Source of the DNA: Pachysolen tannophilus NRRL Y-2460
Lineage: Eukaryota
Direction: 5' to 3'
Length of the DNA stretch: 64,000 bases
Assembly (NCBI GenBank): GCA_001661245.1
Contig: KV454015.1
Location: 980,924 to 1,044,923, forward strand
Numbering within the stretch: position 1 is the first letter of the stretch; each line of letters opens with the position of its first letter. The position numbers and the translations under genes are program-made. The notes below the pieces were generated by a model. That model had not been told where the DNA came from. It saw only the letters and a list, made by a program, of their open reading frames with translations, and did no database searches. This document shows positions 33,206 to 44,009 of the stretch, piece by piece.

Positions 33206-33251
33206 CATTTATATTAAGTTTTAGTAGTACTAACATTTTCTTATTTAATAG

Positions 33252-33895
33252 TTCAACGTAAGATAGTTATCTTAGGTGATGGTGCTTGTGGTAAGACTTC
33301 TTTGTTAAATGTTTTCACAAGAGGTTATTTTCCCCAAGTTTATGAGCCTACTGTTTTTGAAAATTATATTCATGATATATTTATTGATGGTCAACAATTA
33401 CAATTATCTTTATGGGATACAGCGGGTCAAGAAGAATTTGATAGGTTAAGGTCCTTGTCTTATAGTGATACGCATTGTATTATGCTTTGTTTTTCAATTG
33501 ACTCTATGGATTCTTTAGAAAATGTGGAAAATAAATGGGTTGGAGAAATTTTGGAACATTGTGAAGGTGTTAAATTAGTCTTGGTAGCTTTAAAATGTGA
33601 TCTAAGAATGGAAGATGAAGGTGAAGACACTGAAGAAATTCAAAATAATATAATACCAGAAAACAACTTGAATGGCTCTCAGAAAAAAAGGAAAAGATTG
33701 GTATCATATGAAGAAGGTTTAGCTGTTGCCAAGAGAATAGGCGCATTGAGATATTTAGAATGTTCAGCAAAGAAAAATAGAGGTGTGAATGAGGTCTTTA
33801 CCGAAGCAGCAAGATGTGCATTAGCAGGAAAGCTGAAAGGTGCTGGTGGTGGTCTGGAAGATACCGATGATGGTAAAAAATGTGTTATTATGTGA
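33252..33895 (+). CDS. RHO3: Rho3 GTPase, final exon (5' exon lies in the gap)
   Basis: TACTAAC at 33228-33234 and TAG acceptor ending at 33251; QRKIVILGDGACGKTSLL, YEPTVFENY, WDTAGQEEFDRLR and CAAX CVIM. Confidence 0.95.
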
Positions 33896-34722
33896 AAATG
33901 AAGAAAAAGTTTGTGTTTGGGTGTGTGGGGTTTGTGTGTCTGTGTGTGTCTCTGTGAGTGTGTGTTTCTCTATCTGCATTTGGATTTTGTTTGTCGCTTT
34001 TATAAAAAAACAGCAACTCCAAAATAGGAGTGTTAATTCATTTGAACTGTTATTACTGTCATTGAGATATCTCCTTTTTTTTAAAAGAAAAAAAAAAAAA
34101 AAAAAAAAAAAAAATTATCAAGAAAAAATGGTCTACATATTATTATTATTATATTTAGCACATTTCTGCTATTAAAGTATTTGTCTTTCTTTTATTTTTT
34201 TTTAGAAAAAATTTTATTGTCTTTCTTTTAAACTCCAGTTTTTTAATATCTCGCTGGTCACTTCTTAATTATAATTTTTGTGTATTTTTACTTTTTATTT
34301 AAAAAAGATTTTAGAATATATATATCTATTTTATAGACGTTTACAGAGTTGTTTTTTTTTTTTTGCGGGATGTCACCGCCCATTTGTCTGCCTAAATGTT
34401 TACTAGATCCGGTTTGAATTCTGCGGGAAAACACCGGAGAATTCTCCGGTTAATTTTTTTTATTTTTCTATTTTTTTTAAGGTTTTCAAATGCAATGCAA
34501 AGTTACATTTTTGTTTACAAAAACGAAAAAACGGCTTCAATGAGATCAAAAGTATTTAATACCAATACTTAAAATCAAAAGTACTAAAAATATTAAAAGC
34601 TCTATAAACCAATTTTTTAAAAGTAAAGAAGGGCTTATATAAGTTTGGAGTTTATACTTGGACTTGTAATTTTGAAGTAAGATTTTAGTAAGTTATTGGT
34701 GAGAATATATAAATATTGAATA

Positions 34723-35817
34723 ATGAGCTTTCCAACTTTAAGTATAGGTAGAGATCTGGAAACTGTAACGTTATCAAGTTTAACCACCACAACAGAGTTT
34801 TCCGGTGTTTCAAGCACAAGCGATCTTATAGATTCATCAACTACTTCTATTTCTATTCCTGTTGGAGGGTTAAAAGAACTGTTGAAGTTTTCTTCTCGGA
34901 CACAAACATCATCATCAACTGCATCGGAGTCCAATACATATACTTACACGACTCCGATAATAGGTGTACCTCCATCGGATAATAATCCTTTTATCTTGAG
35001 AACAAATAGTACTTCAGGAACAGTGTTTATTTGTTTTGGTGCTATTTCTGGTTTTATTCTTATTGCAACATTTATATCATATATGTATAATTCTTGGAGA
35101 GCAAATAGGGTTACTAAAAAAGGTGCATATGGAAGTGGTAGTAAAGATACAAAAACTAAAATTCAAAATAATGATGAATTTGAAACGAAATTAAATTTAC
35201 AATCTGAATATAATTTAAATCCTCTTCTGTCAAGATATGAAGATTATTATAGTTGGAATAATAATAATAATAATAATAATAATATCAGTAATAATAATAA
35301 TAGATTTTTCATTTCTGGACTGCGACCACAGATGTCAAGTAATCATCATACAAGACAAAATTCCAATTTTTCAGGAGCATCGACCACTTATTACCCACCA
35401 AATAAAAATGATATAACAAAAATGTTTATATCACCTACAGGAGAAGTTATTAACGTTCGTAATAATAGTTCATATCATTTCCAACAAGATTCAAATATTT
35501 CAATGCCTGAAAGACCTTCTTCAACTCCAGTACTACTATCATCTTCCAATATTGCATTTGGAGGAAGTAATAGTTCAATAAACACTTTTCATCATCAGTT
35601 ACAAACTCAGCATAATAGATCTTTTTCATATATTTCACCTACTCAATATCATATTAATGATACTTCTCCAATTCCAGGTATTATTACAAATTTTTCAAAA
35701 CAACAGCAGCGACAGCAAAAAGGTAGAAAAGCTAGAAGTACTATTCCTAGTATGTTCTTAGATAACATATTGGATTCAAATGATCAATCAAAAACAAACA
35801 GCATAGACAATGAGTAG
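34723..35817 (+). CDS. Single-pass membrane protein, PRM5/YNL058C/CSI2-like
   Basis: Ser/Thr-rich N-terminus, NNPFI...GTVFICFGAI TM segment and C-terminal PSMFLD; follows RHO3 as PRM5 does in S. cerevisiae. Confidence 0.7.
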   Translation: MSFPTLSIGRDLETVTLSSLTTTTEFSGVSSTSDLIDSSTTSISIPVGGLKELLKFSSRTQTSSSTASESNTYTYTTPIIGVPPSDNNPFILRTNSTSGTVFICFGAISGFILIATFISYMYNSWRANRVTKKGAYGSGSKDTKTKIQNNDEFETKLNLQSEYNLNPLLSRYEDYYSWNNNNNNNNNISNNNNRFFISGLRPQMSSNHHTRQNSNFSGASTTYYPPNKNDITKMFISPTGEVINVRNNSSYHFQQDSNISMPERPSSTPVLLSSSNIAFGGSNSSINTFHHQLQTQHNRSFSYISPTQYHINDTSPIPGIITNFSKQQQRQQKGRKARSTIPSMFLDNILDSNDQSKTNSIDNE

Positions 35818-36059
35818 AAAGTCAGAATAAGTAATTGAAAAGACTTTGTATATTTTTTTTTTTTCACTTTCATTTTCAATTTCATTTTACTTTTATAATA
35901 AAAGTTCGAAACTATTGTATTGTTTTATACACTGTAATTAAGTACGCTTTTTGTATACATAATTGAAAAAAATACTTGACATTTTTTTTTTTATTTTTTA
36001 AAATGAAAATACAAGTTTTAATCAGTATTTTAATGGACTTGTTATATAACTGGTGAGAA

Positions 36060-36974
36060 ATGGAAAAGTTCACTAACTGGAGAGATAAATCAACTGGGAT
36101 ATCACCTTTTTTACAACCAAATAATAGTCGAGTCAATAAGAGTTCCAGTTTATTGGCCAAAATTTTTTTCATCACAACAGGCTCGATAACTCTGATAATC
36201 AAATTACCAATATTAATAATTTTATTATTTTTATTCTTAATTTTGAAAAAAATAGGGCTTGGTAAACCAATATTAAGAGTTTTATTATTGCTAGTTTTCA
36301 ATTTGAATGAAATTGATGTTTCTGTTAATAATGTCAAAAAATCTCAAAAAAAATTGATTGAGTTTAATCTTCCAGATAAAAATGATATCTGCGTTGTGAA
36401 TTATTCTTCACCATTAGATTGTCTAATTTTATATTTAATCTCCAAGGGACAACATGATAAAATGGTTTATTTGATTAGTGACAACTCGGGGAACTTGAGG
36501 GAATATTCAATGTTAAGTTTTATGAACCATGCCCTTTCTAAACCAATATTGTTTAAAGATTCAAATAATGGTATTATTGAAAATTTGGATCAATATAAAG
36601 ATAAGATTGTCTTTATCTTTCCTGAAGGAACCACTTCTAATAATAAATCCATATTACCATTTAATAAGAATTTAATAAAAATATCCAATACTACAAGCAG
36701 AAAAATCAAGATTATCAATTTAAATAAATCAAATATATACATTACAAGTATGCCAATGACTTTCTTACGTTTCAACACATATAATTTGATGAATTTTAAT
36801 GAATTTGGTAAATATAAAGTTAAAATATTTGTTGAAGAACTGGAAACTGCATGGTCAGTAATAAGAAAGATTTTGACCAATAACAATAAGTTGAAATTGG
36901 TTGGTGAGGAGTTGAATATCGAAAGCAAAGTCAGGTTTATTGATGCATTTGAGAAAAATAAGGATAAGATATAA
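36060..36974 (+). CDS. VPS66: Lysophosphatidic acid acyltransferase Loa1/Vps66
   Basis: MEKFTNWRDKSTGISPFL, NYSSPLD and FPEGTTSN. Confidence 0.9.
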   Translation: MEKFTNWRDKSTGISPFLQPNNSRVNKSSSLLAKIFFITTGSITLIIKLPILIILLFLFLILKKIGLGKPILRVLLLLVFNLNEIDVSVNNVKKSQKKLIEFNLPDKNDICVVNYSSPLDCLILYLISKGQHDKMVYLISDNSGNLREYSMLSFMNHALSKPILFKDSNNGIIENLDQYKDKIVFIFPEGTTSNNKSILPFNKNLIKISNTTSRKIKIINLNKSNIYITSMPMTFLRFNTYNLMNFNEFGKYKVKIFVEELETAWSVIRKILTNNNKLKLVGEELNIESKVRFIDAFEKNKDKI

Positions 36975-37115
36975 ATTAATACTGTTGTTCCTCCTACTTT
37001 ATAAGGTTGTATTTAGACAAAAAATTGGGAATTAAATAGTTCATTTTAAAATATAGTAGTATTAAACAATAATAGTAGAAAATCATTTTGTATGATATAA
37101 ATATATAAATATATA

Positions 37116-37149
<34 letters not shown>

Positions 37150-37164
37150 AATTTGAGCGAAGAC

Positions 37165-38523
37165 ATGATACTTTTACCTATAGGGCTTGTTCCAGTACAA
37201 GTTAGGGAAGTCAGCAGTTCAATTCCTTTAGATATTATAAATAAACGGTTGTCATTGATCGATAATAGTGATTTAATTAAATATGTTAGTAATTTGAGTG
37301 ACTATATTAATTTAATTTTCATGTATTATAAGAATAGTTTAGGAAGTATAGACAAGATAAAAAATGATAGAACTATATTTTGTTTGAATCAGGCTCCATG
37401 GAAGGAGCTACTGAATAGTAAAAAAAAACCATTGACGAGTAGTACTAGTTGGTCATTAAGACAGGAATTGGTTTTGTCGGTAATATCGTTATCATTAACT
37501 TATAATCAGCTATCTTCAAATTTGATTTACAAGATTATCAAATACGGGACTAACGATAATGGGTTGATAAAGAAAAGTGAAGAAACTCAATTGTGGAATA
37601 TGTCAAATAATTACTTGAAAAATTCCCTTTTACACCTTAAGTTTTTAATTGACAATGATATTATTGATGAAAATGATCAGATAATGGAAACTTCATTGAG
37701 ATTCTTAAATTTTATCGATCATCTAATTGAATCATCATTACAGTTATCAATGTTAATAAAGTTGAATCATTTGGAGCTAGTCAAGATTTTAGAAGATAAT
37801 TGGAATTTTAACATTAGTTCTCAAACAAATTTCAGTATATTGCTAAAAGTAAGTATATATGTATATGATCAATTAACCTTATTGGAGAATTTCAACATTA
37901 ATCCCGAGATAAATCAGTTTTTAAAAATTATAAAAACTTATGTCAAAATTTATGTCTGTTATTATTTATCATTGGAAAATTATCAAAAGGACAATTTAGG
38001 ATTAAGCATTGGTTTAATTAACTACGTGAATGAATTACTATTGAAAAATAAAAACAATTTTTTTGAAGTTCATGAGCAAGATAGAAATAACAAAACCAGT
38101 AAACTTAAGGCAAGTAATTTTATAAATAAGTTAAAGGACTCAAAGAAAAGTAACGGTGGTAGCTCTGGGAGCAGTATCATTAAGAATGAAAATTCTACAT
38201 TATTGATTAAAAGAATTATACAGGAAAAAGATCAAAAGATAAATAAAGATTTCAATATATACTTATCAGCATGTTGTCTAATGGATTTGAATAATTTGAT
38301 AAAGCTTATTAACGTTGTTAATTTGAAGTTATTAAAGGAAAATGAAAACATAAATTTTGATCTGATTTCAGATAAATCTCAAGTCATGCAATTTTTAACT
38401 GAAAATTTACCATCTGGGAGGAAAGTACCTTTAAGTATTGACCAAAATTGGATCCCTAGTTGCTTTAAAGACAACAATGATCTGAATGAAATTGGAGAAA
38501 TTTCAGCAGAAGGTTATTATTGA
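37165..38523 (+). CDS. RIM23: PalC/Rim23 (YGR122W-like) Bro1-domain pH-signalling protein
   Basis: ATG at 37165; KENENINFD and LPSGR motifs plus C-terminal GYY di-aromatic end typical of PalC; near MEP1 and VPS66 as in ancestral yeast gene order. Confidence 0.65.
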   Translation: MILLPIGLVPVQVREVSSSIPLDIINKRLSLIDNSDLIKYVSNLSDYINLIFMYYKNSLGSIDKIKNDRTIFCLNQAPWKELLNSKKKPLTSSTSWSLRQELVLSVISLSLTYNQLSSNLIYKIIKYGTNDNGLIKKSEETQLWNMSNNYLKNSLLHLKFLIDNDIIDENDQIMETSLRFLNFIDHLIESSLQLSMLIKLNHLELVKILEDNWNFNISSQTNFSILLKVSIYVYDQLTLLENFNINPEINQFLKIIKTYVKIYVCYYLSLENYQKDNLGLSIGLINYVNELLLKNKNNFFEVHEQDRNNKTSKLKASNFINKLKDSKKSNGGSSGSSIIKNENSTLLIKRIIQEKDQKINKDFNIYLSACCLMDLNNLIKLINVVNLKLLKENENINFDLISDKSQVMQFLTENLPSGRKVPLSIDQNWIPSCFKDNNDLNEIGEISAEGYY

Positions 38524-38654
38524 ATTTATAGTGTCTACCAATTGTAATGATATATATGCTTATATTAACGAGTTACGATACAGTTAAGACCAAGATGTAA
38601 CCTGTAAAGTAGAAGTAGAAGGTAAAAAAGCAAAAGATAAAACAAAAAAGAAAG

Positions 38655-38687
<33 letters not shown>

Positions 38688-38813
38688 TATCCAACGAGCA
38701 AATATCCCTTCAGAAAATAAGATCTGTAAATAACGATAAGAATGATATTAATGTCATAAAAATGCATTAATTAAGAAGAGGAACAAAGCCCATTTAAAGC
38801 AATAAATAGACTT

Positions 38814-40157
38814 TTATAATCCCGATAATTCTTCTTCTTCAGTTGCTGTTTTCCTTTGTTGTAAAACTAAAGGTTTACCAATGATTCTTTCATAGATGTC
38901 TTTAACGTCATCAGTAGTTGCTTCGAAATGAGAAGAAGGATCATAAGACTTTGAAATGTATACATTGTCATCTTTCCCATTAGAAATTGGCTCGTATAAT
39001 TCTGCAATACCCATTAATACATCTTCGGTAGGTCCAATTATCTTAAAAGCTGGTTCCAATTCAACATGTGGTTTATCTGTTTCAATGATGGTTGAAATAA
39101 TAGCCAAATAATGACCTTTTGAACAAACATTATGAGCTGATGAGACAACTGCAATATATATATCATTTTTTCTTCCAACTTGATTTTGTGGGATAATAAT
39201 TTGTAAAGAATCCAAATTATTGGTATTTGGAATTGGATGATTCAAAATACACATTGCTCTAATTACTTTTTGACCAGTTTTTTTAACTTTATTAGGGAAA
39301 TAAGTTGGGTCAGCAATAACAATTGGAGCTTTTGCAGTACCTTCCTTTGTCTTAACACCTTTAAATTTACCATCATCTTCAAAGAAAACTTCTTCAATTG
39401 GAGTATCTAACATATAAGTACCACCATAAATTGCAGATAATCTTGCAAAACCTTGTGGTAATTCTCCTAAACCATATAAAGGATAAATATACGGAGATTT
39501 CCCATATCTTGCAACTGATTGTAAATATAAAACTATTCTATTATATGTTTCTCTTGCTGGTTGTTTTAAATAATCATCATTTGACCATAAAGCCATAGCA
39601 TGCCCTATAAAATCCTTGGTACCAGCCTCTAAACCAAATTTATAATAAATTTCATCCATAGTTTCATTATCAAAATCCATATTTTTATGAGTAGAAACAT
39701 CATTTTCATCATATTTCAGAATAAATTCCAAAAAATTTCTCATTCTTCTTTTTTCAAAAATACCCATTAATGAAGAATTAATTGCTTCAGCGGCTGTTGA
39801 TGGAACTTTAGCAATTTTCCCATTACGATATACATAAGACCCAGAAATCTGTTTAAACTCAATGTACCTCGTAACATCCGTATGGACAAGTATATTTGTC
39901 AATTCGCCATTTGCCATTAAAAATTTCGGAATTAAATCAACACACCAATCTCTATCTCTACCTAAAGATTCATCAGGTTTTTTTGAAGGTTTAAATTTAG
40001 AATACAACTGGCTCAAATTCAACGAAGCACTCTCACCACCATAAAAATCTTGCCTATCAATGTGTAATACCTTCTTACCTTCAACAGAAAGTAACCCTGA
40101 TAAGATACATTCAGTTAGACCTGTACCAAGAACAATAACATCATAGTTTTCATCCAT
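38814..40157 (-). CDS. GDI1: Rab GDP-dissociation inhibitor
   Basis: YDVIVLGTGLTECILSG, DLIPKFLMANG and YPLYGLGELPQGFARLSAIYGG. Confidence 0.98.
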   Translation of the reverse strand: MDENYDVIVLGTGLTECILSGLLSVEGKKVLHIDRQDFYGGESASLNLSQLYSKFKPSKKPDESLGRDRDWCVDLIPKFLMANGELTNILVHTDVTRYIEFKQISGSYVYRNGKIAKVPSTAAEAINSSLMGIFEKRRMRNFLEFILKYDENDVSTHKNMDFDNETMDEIYYKFGLEAGTKDFIGHAMALWSNDDYLKQPARETYNRIVLYLQSVARYGKSPYIYPLYGLGELPQGFARLSAIYGGTYMLDTPIEEVFFEDDGKFKGVKTKEGTAKAPIVIADPTYFPNKVKKTGQKVIRAMCILNHPIPNTNNLDSLQIIIPQNQVGRKNDIYIAVVSSAHNVCSKGHYLAIISTIIETDKPHVELEPAFKIIGPTEDVLMGIAELYEPISNGKDDNVYISKSYDPSSHFEATTDDVKDIYERIIGKPLVLQQRKTATEEEELSGL

Positions 40158-40556
40158 CTTTCTTGCTTTCCTTCTTTCTTTTTTTTTTTTTTCCAGCTTA
40201 TTTTTTTTTCCAAGCTACTCTTCAATCTTTTTCAAATAAATCCTAAACAACAATGAATTGGATTAACAACGATTCAGAAGCATAGATATGATTATATATA
40301 TATATATATAGATCTATATACACACTTAATTCAAATAATATATAATATTATAATATTACATTGATTGTTGTCTACTTTATGACCCGTTGATAGCAAAAAA
40401 AACAATTGGAAAAAAAAACCAAAAAAAAAACCAAAAAGGGAAATTACAGCAGATAATTTTTATTATAATAATTATTTCCTAAAGTGGTAATCAAACATTA
40501 TCCATATATATAAAAGTACTTAGTTCAACAGAGTAGTAGCAGTTGATCAGAACAGA

Positions 40557-43500
40557 TCAAAGATAAAGAGAACCAGCAGAGACTATGTCTCTATGTACTA
40601 GTTCGATTGATTTTTCCATTTTTTCTTCCAAGGCAACGTTTCCTATAGTTCTTGCAGCGGCAACCATTTGTCTCAACATTTCTTCTAACCTTTTGAACAT
40701 TCTAATTAAGGAACCTTCATATACATCAGTCATTTTACAAATTTGGGTAAAAGTAGCTCCTTTACACCAAGAATAGACAACTTCCATTAACTCAGGTCTA
40801 AAGCTTTCTATGTATTCTTTTTCAACAATGTCAATTTTGGAATCTTTTGAAATTTTTGCAATTTTACCAGCCATTTCTTGCATTTGTTTTAAAGGTTCAG
40901 AAAGTTCTGGTTTTAATCTTGGAGTTTCTTTTGAACGTTCTTCAAATACAAAACATGATAATAATGCAGCACATTGTTCTGGGGTGAGTTCATTGAAGGT
41001 ACCATTGAAAATCAATTCAGTTAATAATAATTCATCACCTGTACTTATTTCACATGCAACTCTTCCTTTCAACTCAATAATATCTGTTTGAGTTGTAAAA
41101 CCTAATCTTCTCAAGACTCTTTTACGGTGCCTTAAATCATCCAACTGAATAACAGCTTGAGCTTCAATTATCTTATTTTGAGTAGCTTTTATTTCTTCTT
41201 GAATTGATAATTTATCGCTATAGTCTTTATATAATTGTTCTAGACGTGGAGATTGAGATAATGGACTAGATAATAATTTGGATTCTAAAACCTCAATTTT
41301 TCTTAATAATATCTTGAAATCTTTATCGTCAATCTTCATATTTTCAATTGGGTCTAATAAAGGTATTCCATCGGGGTACCGGCGTTGGACTTCATGTAAA
41401 GTCTTTGTCAATGTCTTTTTTTGTGCTGAATTCTTAAGATCTTTTGGTAAATATAACCTAACATTACTTATTTTCAAAATTGAATCCAAAGTAATTGGTA
41501 TAATCTCAGATCTAACTTTTTCATCCTTTTTAGCTGCTCTAATTCCATCTGCTAAAATTGGATTAAACATTCTAATTAAATTAACAGGTGAATCTGCGTA
41601 CATAGTCGTGACAAATACTTCAACAATGTACGATTGGTGATCTGTATATGATTGTGATGGATTTCTCTTATTCACCCTCTTGTTACAACCTATTACAACA
41701 CACCATCCATATTCTTTAATCTGAATCACTCTTCCACCTTGTAAGAAAGGTAAGACATGTCCAGGATGTGTTATGACATGACAAACATCTTCACCGTATG
41801 TGTCTAATTGTTTTCTTAAATCATAATATTCCTTAATAGAACCTTCATCTTCTATTTCTAATAATGATGCTTTTTTCTCTAAATCGGTAATTTTCTGTTC
41901 TAATACTGGTACAGAGGCAGCATTTTGAAATTGATAAAATGAATGTTCTAACATAAACTCAGGTGAAATTCCTTCCACTCTCATCAAATTCAATATCATG
42001 TTATATCCCAAATGGAAAGCGGAATCTAATCTATCCGCTTGACCTTTAACCATCCCTTTGGCGACTTGAGGCTCCATTTTTTCATCAATCATCATAATGA
42101 CAATACCACGATCATCTAAACCTCTACGCCCAGCACGACCAGACATTTGAATATATTCACCACCAGAAACCCAGCGAAACCCTTTACCATCCCATTTTCT
42201 AACTGATGTGAATACAACAGTCTTTGCAGGCATATTAAGACCAATGGAAAAAGTTTCAGTTGCAAATAATACTTTTAAAAAACCTTCTTGGAATAAAATT
42301 TCAATAATCTCTTTCAAGATTGGAAGTAATCCAGAGTGATGAATACCGACACCACGGCATAAAAGTGGTAAAATATGTTTGATTTGAGGTAATTCACTAT
42401 CTGCTTCTGGTAATAGAGCTATAGCATTGTTGAAAATCTTGGTTAATGCCTCTCTTTCTTCATCGGTATTGAAATCCAATTTGGACATTTTCAAAGCCAA
42501 TGATTCACAGTCACGTTTACTAAATGAAAACACTATTACTGGGTTATATTTTTTAATCCAAATCATTTTAACAATTTTGTAAATATCAGATTTGCCATCT
42601 TTGTTATTTCCTCCTTTAAAAGTCTGTCCTTTTTTACCCTTGAAATCTGCTGAGTTTGGATCATCGCCTTGATTATCAGAAATAGATGCCATAGCTTTTT
42701 GAAAATTCTCCTCTCTAAATGAACCTTTTTCATCTACTACTAAATGAATACCATCACCATTAGCTGGAAACAAATAATGTTGCAAAGGAGTTGGACGGAA
42801 ATCAGTATAAACAACATGACAAGGTTGAGAATGGGTCTTACATATCCATTCAGCAAATTCCATAGCATTTGGAATTGTTGCAGATAAAAATACATAGTGA
42901 ACCTTATCTGGTAGTAAGATAATGGTTTCTTCCCACACAACACCACGTTCTTTATCTCTCATATAGTGAACTTCATCAAATATAACCCAAGCAACTTCTC
43001 TCATAACTTCTGAACCTCTGTATAACATACTTCTTAAAATTTCCGTTGTCATGACTAAACAGCCAGCATCAGGATTAATAGTCACATCACCGGTCATCAA
43101 TCCAACATCTCCAAACTCAGCTAATAACTCTCTATATTTTTGATTACTTAAAGCCTTTATTGGAGATGTATAGATTACTCTTTGTTTTTCTCTCAATGAT
43201 TGAGCTATAGCGTATTCAGCAACAACAGTCTTACCAGCGGAGGTATGAGCCGAAACTAATACTGATTCATTACGGTCAATACATGAAATAGAAGTATCTT
43301 GGAAAGGATCCAACGTAAAAGGGTATGTCCTTGCTTCATTTTGTCTCTTATGTTGCCCTATTGGAACATATGGGTAATCAGGTGGAACAGCAACTTGATG
43401 TCTAACTTGATGAGTTAACTTAACTTGTCCCACCGGTTTAGATGAATCGCTAACTTTATTTAATAAACCGTTCGATTCTACAACTTCTCTTGATGCTTCA

Positions 43501-43775
43501 ATTTCTAAAGAATCAGCAACCAACGGTACAATTTTTTCCTTTTGCTTATTATCCTTCTTCTCTTTCTTTGTTCCATTCGTTTCCTTTTTAGATACTTTAG
43601 CATTTTTCTTCTTTTCTTCATCTTCTTCAACTAAAGTCTGCGATGCAGGACGTTTTTTATTATTCTCATTTACATTACTCGACTCCAGGTTTGACTTTGA
43701 TTGCCCTTTAACTTCAGCAACCGATGATGGAGCCTCATCAAACACTGAAAAGAGATCATCCTCCTCTAAATCCAT
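40557..43775 (-). CDS. MTR4: DExH RNA helicase Mtr4 (TRAMP/exosome)
   Basis: [25 protein letters not shown] and C-terminal [11 protein letters not shown]. Confidence 0.98.
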   Translation of the reverse strand: MDLEEDDLFSVFDEAPSSVAEVKGQSKSNLESSNVNENNKKRPASQTLVEEDEEKKKNAKVSKKETNGTKKEKKDNKQKEKIVPLVADSLEIEASREVVESNGLLNKVSDSSKPVGQVKLTHQVRHQVAVPPDYPYVPIGQHKRQNEARTYPFTLDPFQDTSISCIDRNESVLVSAHTSAGKTVVAEYAIAQSLREKQRVIYTSPIKALSNQKYRELLAEFGDVGLMTGDVTINPDAGCLVMTTEILRSMLYRGSEVMREVAWVIFDEVHYMRDKERGVVWEETIILLPDKVHYVFLSATIPNAMEFAEWICKTHSQPCHVVYTDFRPTPLQHYLFPANGDGIHLVVDEKGSFREENFQKAMASISDNQGDDPNSADFKGKKGQTFKGGNNKDGKSDIYKIVKMIWIKKYNPVIVFSFSKRDCESLALKMSKLDFNTDEEREALTKIFNNAIALLPEADSELPQIKHILPLLCRGVGIHHSGLLPILKEIIEILFQEGFLKVLFATETFSIGLNMPAKTVVFTSVRKWDGKGFRWVSGGEYIQMSGRAGRRGLDDRGIVIMMIDEKMEPQVAKGMVKGQADRLDSAFHLGYNMILNLMRVEGISPEFMLEHSFYQFQNAASVPVLEQKITDLEKKASLLEIEDEGSIKEYYDLRKQLDTYGEDVCHVITHPGHVLPFLQGGRVIQIKEYGWCVVIGCNKRVNKRNPSQSYTDHQSYIVEVFVTTMYADSPVNLIRMFNPILADGIRAAKKDEKVRSEIIPITLDSILKISNVRLYLPKDLKNSAQKKTLTKTLHEVQRRYPDGIPLLDPIENMKIDDKDFKILLRKIEVLESKLLSSPLSQSPRLEQLYKDYSDKLSIQEEIKATQNKIIEAQAVIQLDDLRHRKRVLRRLGFTTQTDIIELKGRVACEISTGDELLLTELIFNGTFNELTPEQCAALLSCFVFEERSKETPRLKPELSEPLKQMQEMAGKIAKISKDSKIDIVEKEYIESFRPELMEVVYSWCKGATFTQICKMTDVYEGSLIRMFKRLEEMLRQMVAAARTIGNVALEEKMEKSIELVHRDIVSAGSLYL

Positions 43776-43874
43776 TTTGAAAATCGATTAGTTTCTCTTT
43801 ATATCCTGTATATATTTTATATCAATTATATATATATATATATGTATATATATTGCTTCAAAAAAATTTTTAAG

Positions 43875-43890
43875 TGAAAAAAATTTTTCA
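43875..43890. promoter_or_regulatory. RRPE element upstream of MTR4
   Basis: AAAATTTTTCA at 43880-43890 (TGAAAAATTTT on the minus strand). Confidence 0.6.
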
Positions 43891-44009
43891 AGTTGTAAAT
43901 GAAAGCATTTTACCAAAACATAATTTATTTTAAAAGAAAGATATATTATTATATGACTTTGAATGGTTAGTGGTAGATGTACCTATATATTCTATAAATG
44001 TCTTAGCTT

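Noticed and set aside
32480..33236. Poly-X ORFs (also 49403-49933)
   Set aside because: Artefacts of N gaps
33840..34175. 111-aa Val/Cys-rich ORF
   Set aside because: GT microsatellite and poly-A in the RHO3 3' region
34405..34425. GGTTTGAATTC resembling a tRNA B-box
   Set aside because: No cloverleaf, acceptor stem or A-box around it
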